A DNA stretch of 64,000 nucleotides, from IMG/VR virus record IMGVR_UViG_3300003323_000257, positions 69,923 through 133,922 of that record. One strand, 5' to 3'. Below are positions 38,891 to 47,971 of this stretch, piece after piece. The translations under genes were made by a program, and so were the position numbers. Under the pieces are notes generated by a model that worked only from the letters and a program-made list of their open reading frames with translations, was not told where the DNA came from and did no database searches. The stretch's first letter is position 1; each line of letters opens with the position of its first letter. The stretch comes from a virus.

Positions 38891-39523
38891 CTAGAATACT
38901 TGGTTGGCTTTATTCAGCACTTGTAGGCGAGCAGGAACTGTTGCGGCTGAACCATTAACGACTTCTGTGATTTTGGTCAGCATATCGGCATCGGCCAATT
39001 CATTGAGCCTATGAACGCCCCAGAACCAACCTGCACTCATCATGGCATCTGCCGGCTGGCCCACCATATCAGGATTCTCAACACACCGATCATCACCGTA
39101 CACGTCTTTAGAGTACTGCAGGTAATTATCGAGGAATGTCAGGTGGAAGCCACCTCGTCCTCTAAAGTTCCATCCGTCTCCTGACGCGACGTCACCATTT
39201 CCGTTTCGATTGGCATAAACGAGACTTGCTAATTTCTGAGGACTCTTTATGTAATCTGGAGCGTAAACCATCGTTGAGGAACAACTTGCTTTATCGCAGG
39301 TGAATCGATGAGGCCATACAGCTACCAAACGTTCCGGCGTCGAGTAATAAAGATTCTCTTCGAACTTGGTGAACGATTGGGTTTCAAAGCAGGCCTGCGT
39401 CATGAAGTGATTAATGCGCCTTGAGGTATTGATTTCATATCGTTGCATTACTGCGTTTATCGCGTCTACCAAATCTTGATTTTTGATGTTGGCAAACCGA
39501 TTGAGTTGGTCTATTGTAATCAT
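38891..39523 (-). CDS. Endolysin, glycoside hydrolase family 19
   Basis: HFMTQACFET...FEENL, ANRNGNG...GDGWNFRGRG, SAGWFW...ITEVVNG. Confidence 0.9.
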   Translation of the reverse strand: MITIDQLNRFANIKNQDLVDAINAVMQRYEINTSRRINHFMTQACFETQSFTKFEENLYYSTPERLVAVWPHRFTCDKASCSSTMVYAPDYIKSPQKLASLVYANRNGNGDVASGDGWNFRGRGGFHLTFLDNYLQYSKDVYGDDRCVENPDMVGQPADAMMSAGWFWGVHRLNELADADMLTKITEVVNGSAATVPARLQVLNKANQVF

Positions 39524-39921
39524 GGATTCTCCACGTAGATTATTGCCAGCGGGAGTTCTAGTTCACTAGATCGTATTGGATTCAGCTGGTACCCAATGAT
39601 CACATGAGCTTCATAGCGACCCTTTGTAAGTTGGCTATAGGTAACGAACTCATACCGGATGTTCGGATCGTATTGCACCGTGTCTGTTTCTTTGACCACA
39701 GCACCAAATTTATTCTTAACTTGAGTCTTCATCGTGAAGTCGCTTAATGCTTCAGCGTAGTTTTCAGCTGGCACATCAATTGATATGCTGTCACCTTCCT
39801 TCTGACTCACTATCACAACTTTGTTGGGTTTGACCCATACATCCGACTCCGTAAGCCAGTATACTGTTATGACTACAACGCATACCAGAGTCAGCACCAC
39901 TACCAACTTCAAGATTTTCAT
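39520..39921 (-). CDS. Membrane-anchored lysis-cassette protein (paralog 1)
   Basis: N-terminal hydrophobic anchor; C-terminal GRYEAHVIIGYQLNPIR. Confidence 0.65.
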   Translation of the reverse strand: MKILKLVVVLTLVCVVVITVYWLTESDVWVKPNKVVIVSQKEGDSISIDVPAENYAEALSDFTMKTQVKNKFGAVVKETDTVQYDPNIRYEFVTYSQLTKGRYEAHVIIGYQLNPIRSSELELPLAIIYVENP

Positions 39922-39922
39922 T

Positions 39923-40366
39923 TTAGTCCACTTGTATTGAGGCCACCTGCACTGTTTGGTCTACGTACTTGAGTGGGTTAATCACGTAATGAACCTGCGC
40001 TCTAAGTTGATACTCTCCTGGTTTCACCGATTTAGGTATCGGCAACATCACGTTGTCCAAACGTGGAGTACCAGAACTTTCCACCTGTGGAAAAGCAACG
40101 ATATCACCTGTCACTGGGTTTACCAGCTCCAAGTGATATCGCACCTTTAAAGGTTCCTGTGTAAACTGTAGGTCGCCTTTTAACTCATGGCCACCTACAG
40201 TTTTGAAAGCGTGTAGCGAGGAGTGAACACTACCTGGGTGTTCGAATACCCATGCAAGTGGTGCCACTGCTATTGTCGGCACCACCACAAGAGAACTAAT
40301 GGCAAAGATACCATCCCAAAGTGATTTATAACTTTTAATCCACACCACTGCTGTCTCTATATTCAT
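39923..40366 (-). CDS. Membrane-anchored lysis-cassette protein (paralog 2)
   Basis: ATG 40366 overlaps the holin stop (ATGA); one TM segment; C-terminal GEYQLRAQVHYVINPLK. Confidence 0.65.
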   Translation of the reverse strand: MNIETAVVWIKSYKSLWDGIFAISSLVVVPTIAVAPLAWVFEHPGSVHSSLHAFKTVGGHELKGDLQFTQEPLKVRYHLELVNPVTGDIVAFPQVESSGTPRLDNVMLPIPKSVKPGEYQLRAQVHYVINPLKYVDQTVQVASIQVD

Positions 40367-40707
40367 TTTGGTTCCTCGTCTTCGTTCTTTAAGCCGAATT
40401 TGATTCGCCAGATATTCTCCAGTTCGGTCCACGCTTTATTCCCCATTGCACCTGTGACTGCGATCAGCACTGCACTCATCGGCCCGTGAATGTCTCGGGC
40501 TTCACACAGCCAGAACGTAATGACCCCGGTAAATCCTGCAGTCATCATATCGAGAATGAACATGCCTATCCTGAAGCGCTTCATTGCCTTAAAGTGTTTT
40601 ATCACGCCAGCAACACACGCGATAAAGATCACCCATAAGTATGTGGTCCAGGGATATCCCAAAGGGTCTTTCCATGCAGAGATGGACTCAATAATTTTCG
40701 GATCCAT
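40363..40707 (-). CDS. Holin
   Basis: 114 aa, about three TM segments, charged C-terminus, first gene of the cassette containing the endolysin. Confidence 0.75.
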   Translation of the reverse strand: MDPKIIESISAWKDPLGYPWTTYLWVIFIACVAGVIKHFKAMKRFRIGMFILDMMTAGFTGVITFWLCEARDIHGPMSAVLIAVTGAMGNKAWTELENIWRIKFGLKNEDEEPK

Positions 40708-40731
40708 GGTACCCTTTTAATTTAAAAGTAT

Positions 40732-40743
40732 GTCATAAAATTG
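40732..40743 (-). promoter_or_regulatory. Class-1 motif CAATTTTATGAC
   Basis: Upstream of the holin, in the divergent intergenic region. Confidence 0.6.
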
Positions 40744-40769
40744 AGGCCCTTATTGAGGCACTCAAGTTA

Positions 40770-40780
40770 GTAAATATTAG
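40770..40780 (+). promoter_or_regulatory. Class-2 motif GTAAATATTAG
   Basis: Fully non-coding; heads the replication arm. Confidence 0.5.
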
Positions 40781-40796
40781 GCAAAGGAGGATAACT

Positions 40797-41078
40797 ATGA
40801 GCTGCGTTGGAATACTAATCGAACCTTACACCTGCAGGGCAGTATTCAATCCTGAACTAGCCATCGCTCAAGGTAATCACATAATCACTAACAGTCGTAA
40901 CGACATCGATCCGCAGATATTACGTGCCAAGGTAGAGGCCAAGGTGCGTAGAAGCTGCCCTCATGTTACATTGAAGTTCATGGACTTCTGTGACGAACTG
41001 GAAGTCGAGACACCAAATGGAGATTACCTTCTGGTGATCTGCCAGGAGTCACCAATGTATTCAGGGAGTATGCACTAA
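40797..41078 (+). CDS. Hypothetical protein
   Basis: AAAGGAGG SD; TAATG coupling to the exonuclease. Confidence 0.65.
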   Translation: MSCVGILIEPYTCRAVFNPELAIAQGNHIITNSRNDIDPQILRAKVEAKVRRSCPHVTLKFMDFCDELEVETPNGDYLLVICQESPMYSGSMH

Positions 41079-41953
41079 TGGCAAAAGGACGTATTTTTGT
41101 GGTTGATGGAAATTGGTACCTACATCGTTGTTGGCATACCGTCAAATCCAGCAGACCAATGCCGGAGGTCTTACCACAGGCCGTTGTAACCTTGATCCTG
41201 AAGGACGCGGTGTCCACAAAATGTACTCATGTCCTGGTTGCTTTTGATGGATCAAAAGTGTTTCGTTATGATGTGTACCCGAATTACAAGGCAGGTCGAT
41301 CTGAGAAGAAGGCAAGTTCAGTACCAGAGGATGCTGAAGAAGATCGCGGCGATGTTTATGACTCTCTACCTAATCTGCGTAAGCTGCTGACCGATCTTGG
41401 TCTTGTGTACGTACAGCAGAAGAAGTACGAGGCCGATGACGTGTGGGCGTCTGCCGCCGAGCAGTATTCCGAGGTGGGCTACGATGTTATCGGTGGATGC
41501 AAAGACAAGGACGGATATCAAGCGTTGAAGAACGGTGTTCGCATGTACGACTCTTCGTTCAAACCTGAGCCTCGCTACATTGACGCCAAATTGGCAGAGA
41601 AGTTGAAGGGCGTATCGGTGTCGAAGATGATCATGCTTCAGACGCTACTCGGAGACGCTATCGATGATGTACCTTCAATCCTGAGTCCTGCAAAAGCCAA
41701 GAAGGTATGTCAGCAGCACAAGTCGATCAAAGCGTGGTTTGAGGCTTCTGATAAGGCGACCAAGAAGTTTATTCGAACAAAGCAATCGCAGATGATGATC
41801 AACAAGGAGTTGGTCACTTTAAGAACTGATCTGGCACTACCGGAACCACATACCTTGAAGCCGGATAAGCGGAGAGTAGAAGGGATGTCGAAGTGGTGGT
41901 ACGCCCACCAGGATCTGTGCTATCCGAAATCTAAAGGACTGTTCAGAAAATAA
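41078..41953 (+). CDS. 5'-3' exonuclease / flap endonuclease (T4 RNase H, PolA N-terminal-like)
   Basis: VVDGNWYLHR, VAFDG, YKAGR, EADDV, DKD, GDAIDDVP. Confidence 0.92.
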   Translation: MAKGRIFVVDGNWYLHRCWHTVKSSRPMPEVLPQAVVTLILKDAVSTKCTHVLVAFDGSKVFRYDVYPNYKAGRSEKKASSVPEDAEEDRGDVYDSLPNLRKLLTDLGLVYVQQKKYEADDVWASAAEQYSEVGYDVIGGCKDKDGYQALKNGVRMYDSSFKPEPRYIDAKLAEKLKGVSVSKMIMLQTLLGDAIDDVPSILSPAKAKKVCQQHKSIKAWFEASDKATKKFIRTKQSQMMINKELVTLRTDLALPEPHTLKPDKRRVEGMSKWWYAHQDLCYPKSKGLFRK

Positions 41954-41992
41954 AAGAAGGAGCCACCTGTTGCCGGGTAGCTCCTTCTTTTT
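41952..41992. terminator. Bidirectional intrinsic terminator
   Basis: AAAAGAAGGAGC...GCTCCTTCTTTT between convergent genes. Confidence 0.8.
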
Positions 41993-41995
41993 CGT

Positions 41996-42877
41996 TTATG
42001 CGCTTACTCCACTTACGCCATTCGATGCACCACCTGCACCTGACAAACTTGGCTGATTAATTCCCAGCGTTGTACCATCAAGTACGGTATCTCCAGCATA
42101 GATATACTTTGCAGTGTCCACATTGCTGCTGGTATTGGCGAACAGTGCGTACGTTGCATTACCGGCCCCTGCACCGGCACCTGTTGAGAGCACTGTTGTT
42201 GCTGCCGCAGTATCCCCGGCAAAGGTGTATTTGTTGGTTATCGTACCACTACTAGTGTTGTTGTGAATGATGCCGAACGCACTGATGGACGCGCCATAAG
42301 TGTTCACGCAGGTGACTGTAAGATTACCCCCTACTGTCGAGATGTCCGACGCATAATCGTACTTCATCGTGCCGTTGGTGGGGTTGGCCGCCACATCAGC
42401 CTTGGGGAATACACCGGTTGTACTATTTCCAATGGACTGACGAGCACACGAACTAAAGTTCTGACTGCCTGACGCCATGTTGCCACCGGCCGTTACTATG
42501 TCACCTGCATACTTGTATTTCGAGGTTTGAATTGGAACTGCACCGGTACCAACCATGAATACGGCGGTGGTGCTGTTAGTAGTAGCTCCTGTAGGAAACG
42601 CAATAGCCGTCAAAGAAGTTCCTGAACTAGTAATAGTGGTAGGAAAATTGTACTTGTAGGTCGTTGCCGTAGGCTGTGACTTCGCTGTTACCATAGTTGA
42701 AGGAATCCCAACTGCAGTTGGATTCGATGTAGTGGCAGGCAGCGAAGTTGTTGGTGAGACTACGTCCGATCCAAAGTCGTAGATCGTCATAGCGAGACCA
42801 CTATTCTTGATGAAGATGCCTTGGGTCCCATTTGGCAACTTAACGGGACCGCTGGAGAAGAATTTCGTCTTGAGCAT
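41996..42877 (-). CDS. Putative fibre-tip adhesin, paralog of 32465-33349
   Basis: TAATG coupling to the upstream fibre; KYxYAGD repeats. Confidence 0.65.
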   Translation of the reverse strand: MLKTKFFSSGPVKLPNGTQGIFIKNSGLAMTIYDFGSDVVSPTTSLPATTSNPTAVGIPSTMVTAKSQPTATTYKYNFPTTITSSGTSLTAIAFPTGATTNSTTAVFMVGTGAVPIQTSKYKYAGDIVTAGGNMASGSQNFSSCARQSIGNSTTGVFPKADVAANPTNGTMKYDYASDISTVGGNLTVTCVNTYGASISAFGIIHNNTSSGTITNKYTFAGDTAAATTVLSTGAGAGAGNATYALFANTSSNVDTAKYIYAGDTVLDGTTLGINQPSLSGAGGASNGVSGVSA

Positions 42878-45126
42878 TACATCACCTTGCAATAGACAGT
42901 AGTACCATTATCATCAGTGAAGAAGACGACAAAATCAGGACCTGATGTTTGGAAGTTTGTGGTACCTCGTTGATTGCTGAGTACTGTTGCGAGGCTAGTA
43001 GTGAGCGAGCCATCTGGATTGATAAACTTCACTGCAGGTGGGAACGTGTGAGTGGCCAGTCCACCATTGACAAGTTTGAACTGAACCTCTGAATAACCAG
43101 CACCAGGCCACGTGAAAGTCCATGTCACTGTACCGCCAGTGAACGTAGCTATCTGAACGTTTGCCGAGGCTGCGCCCACACCGACAATACTACCACTTGC
43201 TTTAGTTCCCAAGTTCAAGAGGGTCCAGCTCATGCCAGTGGCAACACCATTCACCTTGTCCAGCTTAGTGGAATCAGAAGCCACTGCGATGTTACCACTC
43301 AGGTCCGGCGATTGACCGTTCACTGTCAGTAGCTGGGTTTTCAAAATACCGGAGCCATCGATGGTTAAGCCTGCACCTATACGTACACCTCCTAAAGTAC
43401 CAGCCGACGCTGTAGGCAATACGTAAGGTGTAGCTGTTGCAGACAGCGTTCCATCCCCTGCGATGGCCAGTCCGCTTCCCACCTTGATACCACCCAGAAC
43501 GGTTGCTGAAGCAATAGGCAATGCCGTTCCATTCCATGACAATGTGCCGTCCCCTGCGACTGATAGTCCACTACCAACCTTCACCACACCCAAGCTGGAG
43601 GTCGTGGCAATAGCAGGACTACTCACCTCAATCCAAGAACTCCACACACCTGTGGTGCTCATGCGCCACCAGATTTGCGTAGCATTGGTCCAGCGTTGAA
43701 TGGAGTCACCTGTACCTAAAACTGTTAATGGTACTACCTCAAGAGTTGCCGCACCTGTAGCAACTGGAGCGTTGGACAAAGAAGGAGTTACTGCTGCCGA
43801 AACAGTAAATAGACCGGTGGTTTGCATTCCATTCAGGTCTGTCCCATTTGCTACAGCTACCGGATTGATCAGCCCTATATCTGTGGTTACCACAGTGATG
43901 TTGCCATTCACGTCAGGGCCTACATTGTTGACGGTCTTTACTGGAGAAAATCCAAGATCGATTACTCCTGAGCCACTGATAGTGAGATTACCGCTGGTAG
44001 GGGCCTTGACTCCACCTAATGTAGACAGAGACGCAGTTGGCAGCACGTAAGGCGTTGGTTTATTGATCAAGTCGTTATAGTCGCCTGTAGTCGCCACAGT
44101 TGCGAGCCACGGAAAGTCTGAGGCAACCAAGGTCACTGCCCCGCCAGTTCCTGCCCCAGTTTTGCCATTGACTGACGTAACCGCATTTAAGGTCGTGGTA
44201 TCAACCGAACATACTCCGTCAAGTGTTACCTTCAGGCCCGAACCAATCTTGATGGCCCCTAACACTGAGGCGGTGGCTATAGGGATTACCAGTTCTGCCG
44301 ACAAAGCTACGCGGGTAAAGACCAGAACTTTGTCCCCAACCGCAGGAACCACTGCCATAGGTGTTTGGAACCCTAAGGTTACTGTGGAACCGGATTGAAT
44401 AGCGCTTTGAACATAACGGCAGATCGAATACAACTGACCTGTGGTAAACTCTAAAGCCACTTGACCAAAGTATGTAGGATTCATATTGGTTGAGTAGTCG
44501 CTCAACGCAATGGTGACGCTCTGATTGTCTGCGTGAACCACCGAGGCAGGCATCCCAGTAGAGAACTGGTAGGCGTCGAAATTCCACAGGCCAGTGCGAT
44601 CAGTGTACGCCAGGAAGGAGCTTTGGTTGGATTCAGCGGCGCTAATTATATAAGTGTTGGGAGTGGTTTGGTTTGATGGTGGGAGTTGATCGATGGTAGA
44701 CAGCGATGCCGTCTGGAAAAGATTCGACGAGTCAGCTTGATCCATGATCATGTTGTAGTTAGTGCCAACCACAGTCAGGAAGGCATCCAGACGCACCATG
44801 TTCCCTTGATCGATTCCTATTTTCTTCTTTGTCTGCAGGCTGTTCGAAACAGCGAGGGCAAACAGCTGACCTTGGTAGAACAAACCGACCTCGCCCCAAT
44901 CGAAATCACCAACCGAGGTGTCCATTGAAATCGTGTACTTCACTACGTTCGCATTTATGACCACAGGCGGAGCAATCACACCAGAGAACTTCAGAGTTCC
45001 GTGAATGTCTGTATCGGTAGGAAGCGGCACATAGTTTACGGCCGAGCCGATTTTGAAAACATCGAGAGTTGGTGTAGGGTTTGTACCTAACACACCAACC
45101 GCGTAATTGGTTAATTGCAGGATCAC
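42877..45126 (-). CDS. Second baseplate-docking tail fibre
   Basis: N-terminus paralogous to 22569-24236 (FKIGSA...FDWGEVGLF); five LPxAxxxxLGGxKVG repeats; start reassigned to GTG 45126 behind AAGGAG. Confidence 0.8.
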   Translation of the reverse strand: MILQLTNYAVGVLGTNPTPTLDVFKIGSAVNYVPLPTDTDIHGTLKFSGVIAPPVVINANVVKYTISMDTSVGDFDWGEVGLFYQGQLFALAVSNSLQTKKKIGIDQGNMVRLDAFLTVVGTNYNMIMDQADSSNLFQTASLSTIDQLPPSNQTTPNTYIISAAESNQSSFLAYTDRTGLWNFDAYQFSTGMPASVVHADNQSVTIALSDYSTNMNPTYFGQVALEFTTGQLYSICRYVQSAIQSGSTVTLGFQTPMAVVPAVGDKVLVFTRVALSAELVIPIATASVLGAIKIGSGLKVTLDGVCSVDTTTLNAVTSVNGKTGAGTGGAVTLVASDFPWLATVATTGDYNDLINKPTPYVLPTASLSTLGGVKAPTSGNLTISGSGVIDLGFSPVKTVNNVGPDVNGNITVVTTDIGLINPVAVANGTDLNGMQTTGLFTVSAAVTPSLSNAPVATGAATLEVVPLTVLGTGDSIQRWTNATQIWWRMSTTGVWSSWIEVSSPAIATTSSLGVVKVGSGLSVAGDGTLSWNGTALPIASATVLGGIKVGSGLAIAGDGTLSATATPYVLPTASAGTLGGVRIGAGLTIDGSGILKTQLLTVNGQSPDLSGNIAVASDSTKLDKVNGVATGMSWTLLNLGTKASGSIVGVGAASANVQIATFTGGTVTWTFTWPGAGYSEVQFKLVNGGLATHTFPPAVKFINPDGSLTTSLATVLSNQRGTTNFQTSGPDFVVFFTDDNGTTVYCKVM

Positions 45127-45153
45127 CGTAAGCTCCTTATTATAAGGCGAAAT

Positions 45154-45163
45154 ATTAAAATTG
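45154..45163 (-). promoter_or_regulatory. Class-1 motif CAATTTTAAT
   Basis: Upstream of the SD and GTG of the inverted fibre cassette. Confidence 0.55.
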
Positions 45164-46018
45164 ACTAAGCTCATTAAAAAGCAGGTGGTGTCAGAACTCT
45201 TGGGAACCTATTTGGAGGCCCAGGACGTGGTAGTGGCTTCCAAACGTGACGCTTCCCGAATCAAATTCCTACGGCCGTCCCAGATGCCATTCTGCCCAGT
45301 TGGATTCTTTGTCCAACACGCCACTCAAGGCATGGTGTCCACTTTAGATATGTTAGGGTCTTTCTACACCTCTGTAGGAACAACAGTTCATGAGGTAGTG
45401 CAGCGCCACCTAAGCCCCACTGGGAAATTTCTAGCCGACTGGAAGTGTCCAATCTGTAATAGGTGGCGCAGAATGTCCACCAAAAGTGAGTGCTGCGATT
45501 TCACAATGGACTACCATGAGATTCAAATCTCGCACAAAGGAGTTGTAGGTCACATCGATGCTGTATTCAAGGACCGAAAAGGTCGCTATTGGATTCTGGA
45601 TTTCAAAACCTGTACATTGAGCGGCTCCGAGTACAAACATAAGAGTCCAGGGCCGGCCTACATCGAACAGGTGGAGACCTACGCACTCATGTTGTACCTT
45701 CAGTACGGTATCAAGGTCGAAGGTGTCATGTTGATGTTCATTCCGCGTGACGATCCAACTAAACCAAAAGTATGGATTCGTTTATTGGACAGCGCCGATT
45801 TCAAACGAATCAAGGCCCGCATCAAGTCCTATAAGAAGCAACACAAGGAAGCTCTTAATGCGTTCACACTGGAAGAAGCGTTGGCCTTATCGCAGTACGG
45901 TCGCTGCAAAAGCGATTGGTGTAAAACATGCAAGAGTTCACTGTCACTGAAAACACAGCTTAGGTCAGCCTTTAAAACCGGCCAGAAGCTAAAGCATCTA
46001 CCACTCATCAATCTATAG
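45161..46018 (+). CDS. Solo Cas4-like PD-(D/E)XK exonuclease
   Basis: RPSQMPFCP, GHIDAV...ILDFKT, QVETY, C-terminal C..C..C cluster; start codon uncertain. Confidence 0.8.
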   Translation: MTKLIKKQVVSELLGTYLEAQDVVVASKRDASRIKFLRPSQMPFCPVGFFVQHATQGMVSTLDMLGSFYTSVGTTVHEVVQRHLSPTGKFLADWKCPICNRWRRMSTKSECCDFTMDYHEIQISHKGVVGHIDAVFKDRKGRYWILDFKTCTLSGSEYKHKSPGPAYIEQVETYALMLYLQYGIKVEGVMLMFIPRDDPTKPKVWIRLLDSADFKRIKARIKSYKKQHKEALNAFTLEEALALSQYGRCKSDWCKTCKSSLSLKTQLRSAFKTGQKLKHLPLINL

Positions 46019-46028
46019 TAAATAAAAG
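46018..46028 (+). promoter_or_regulatory. Class-2 motif GTAAATAAAAG
   Basis: Upstream of the clamp loader operon. Confidence 0.45.
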
Positions 46029-46036
46029 GGGTCCAC

Positions 46037-46249
46037 ATGAAACGCAAAACCATATCCGTAACGATCACTAAGACCAAACAGGTCGTCCAATTTGAGCCTC
46101 TAACCGTTACCGTGACTGAGGTGGCTGAACTAGAAGAAGGTGACAAAGCTTCAGACGCTAAGGCCAAGCTCTACGAATCAGTTTCGAAGTCCGTGAAGCA
46201 GTTTATGGAAGAGGAGACAACAAAATGGAAAAAGCGAGCAAAGGATTGA
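46037..46249 (+). CDS. Hypothetical protein
   Basis: AGGGG SD; 70 aa. Confidence 0.7.
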   Translation: MKRKTISVTITKTKQVVQFEPLTVTVTEVAELEEGDKASDAKAKLYESVSKSVKQFMEEETTKWKKRAKD

Positions 46250-46545
46250 GGCAATGGATGTGTAGGATGCTCAAGTGCGAGGATCCTCAGCCGACGATCA
46301 CCAAAATCGGAAACAACTTAGAGGTCTTCGAATACGATGGATACCATATCGAGGTCTCCCTACACGCTGATTATTTGAATGTTGATGTGTACCTAAAAGG
46401 TCTTCCAGTAATGGGTGGACGTAGCAGCAGATCAGGATTCACATGGGAGCATGGACCTTCCATAGTCCGGCCTAACTACAAGGTAAGAGCGTACCTCCGC
46501 GAGTACGCAATGAAAAGATTAACTGAACTAAAGGCAAAGAAATGA
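46225..46545 (+). CDS. Hypothetical protein
   Basis: GAGGAG SD; ATGA overlap with the clamp loader gene. Confidence 0.6.
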   Translation: MEKASKGLRQWMCRMLKCEDPQPTITKIGNNLEVFEYDGYHIEVSLHADYLNVDVYLKGLPVMGGRSSRSGFTWEHGPSIVRPNYKVRAYLREYAMKRLTELKAKK

Positions 46546-47633
46546 CAGATGCATTCCACTTAAAATATCGGCCAAAAAATCTTAGCCGCGTAATTGGTCA
46601 CGAGGCTGTAGTTACACGCCTCAAGGGCATGGTTGAATCCGGTAAGACGCCTTCTGCTTTGGCGTTCTTCGGATCCAGCAGTACAGGCAAGACTACCTTG
46701 GCTCGTGCGTTGGCTGCTGATTTGAATGGATTAAAATCCATTGGCGAATCGCGCGATTATGTTGAAGTCAATGCGTCGGCGAACAAGACGATGGAAGACG
46801 TTGCAAAGTGGAAGCAGACTGCGAGGTTTAAGCCGCAACACAAAAAGAGGGTAATGGTCTTCGACGAGTTCCAAGGCATATTGAGCAATGGTCAGGCAGC
46901 CAACGCTTTCCTCAAAGATTTGGAAGAGCCTCCTTCTTCAACTTTGTTGGTCATCTGCTCAATGGAACCAGCCAAGTTCCAGGCCACTGAAACAGGTCGT
47001 GCAATCCTGTTTCGCTGCAATCAATTTGTTCTGCAGGAGCACACCACCAATGATCTGTATAAGCAAGGCTTAAGGATTGCTAAGGCCGAAGAGATGGCCT
47101 ACGTCATGCACGATGATAACGCCCTCATCAAGGCAGTGGCGAAGTCAGTTACCGACATGCGCTCGCTGGCAAACACGATGGAGGCCTTGCAGCAATACTA
47201 CAATGGCCTGGACAAAAAGCCAAAACGCCTAACCGAGGAACACATTACTCAGGTGTTGAAATCGTCTGAATCGTCGGATGATGAATTGGCCTACAAGACC
47301 ATGTTAGCTGTCTACCAAAAGCAATTCAAGCAAGTAATGCGCTGCCTGCTGGATGTTCAAGACGACTACCATTTCGTTACCAAGCTGCATTGGATGAACT
47401 CCGCAGTTCTTAACAACACTGTGCTGGAAGGCGCACGCCATCGTAAAGGTTGGACCAACAAATATGGTCAGCAACTGATCAAAGATGCTGCTAAATTGAA
47501 AATCACCTTAGGTACATTGGCGGCCGTCAACGCAACTATCATTGAAGCAAAGGCGCAGGCTGCTACGTTCCAAATGCCTGCAACTGATTTGCTGTCGGCA
47601 AAGCTGTATCGCGTAATCAAGGACATGCAATGA
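46542..47633 (+). CDS. dnaX: Clamp loader AAA+ subunit (DNA Pol III gamma/tau-like)
   Basis: KYRPKNLSRVIGHE, GSSSTGKTT, VFDEFQ, LEEPP. Confidence 0.85.
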   Translation: MTDAFHLKYRPKNLSRVIGHEAVVTRLKGMVESGKTPSALAFFGSSSTGKTTLARALAADLNGLKSIGESRDYVEVNASANKTMEDVAKWKQTARFKPQHKKRVMVFDEFQGILSNGQAANAFLKDLEEPPSSTLLVICSMEPAKFQATETGRAILFRCNQFVLQEHTTNDLYKQGLRIAKAEEMAYVMHDDNALIKAVAKSVTDMRSLANTMEALQQYYNGLDKKPKRLTEEHITQVLKSSESSDDELAYKTMLAVYQKQFKQVMRCLLDVQDDYHFVTKLHWMNSAVLNNTVLEGARHRKGWTNKYGQQLIKDAAKLKITLGTLAAVNATIIEAKAQAATFQMPATDLLSAKLYRVIKDMQ

Positions 47634-47971
47634 CTACCTACTCTCGTGTTTGGTCTTTCGAATATGACACCAGGTATAAAAGTAGTCCAGTAGAACTTCC
47701 TATAGGAACAACTATTTTAGGTGCTCAATGGGCTGGTCCAGATAAACCTGGAGTAGTGGAAGTTCATGTAATGAGTAATCAGGAAATGGCATCTTTCAAT
47801 AGCTCCATTCGAGAACCTAAAGTTAAGAAGACTCATTCGTCTGTTTGGCTTAACGTAACTCGTGTAGGAGATGTTCTTCCAGTGGGTTTAGCCTGGTGTG
47901 TTAACCCGGTTCGTATCGACAGCGAGCACTACCTTTTCTCGGCACACAGGTTTGACAAGGAACCTAAATGA
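47630..47971 (+). CDS. Hypothetical protein
   Basis: ATGA overlap chain. Confidence 0.65.
   Translation: MTTYSRVWSFEYDTRYKSSPVELPIGTTILGAQWAGPDKPGVVEVHVMSNQEMASFNSSIREPKVKKTHSSVWLNVTRVGDVLPVGLAWCVNPVRIDSEHYLFSAHRFDKEPK

Noticed and set aside
41952-45163. Invertible (shufflon-type) fibre segment
   Set aside because: No flanking inverted repeats and no recombinase gene seen.
45127-45174. ATG 45174 as start of the inverted fibre gene
   Set aside because: No SD and it overlaps the Cas4-like ORF; GTG 45126 has AAGGAG, aligns with the paralog N-terminus and lies downstream of the class-1 motif.
45161-46030. CRISPR array or mini-array near the Cas4-like gene
   Set aside because: No regularly spaced direct repeats in any intergenic region of the window.
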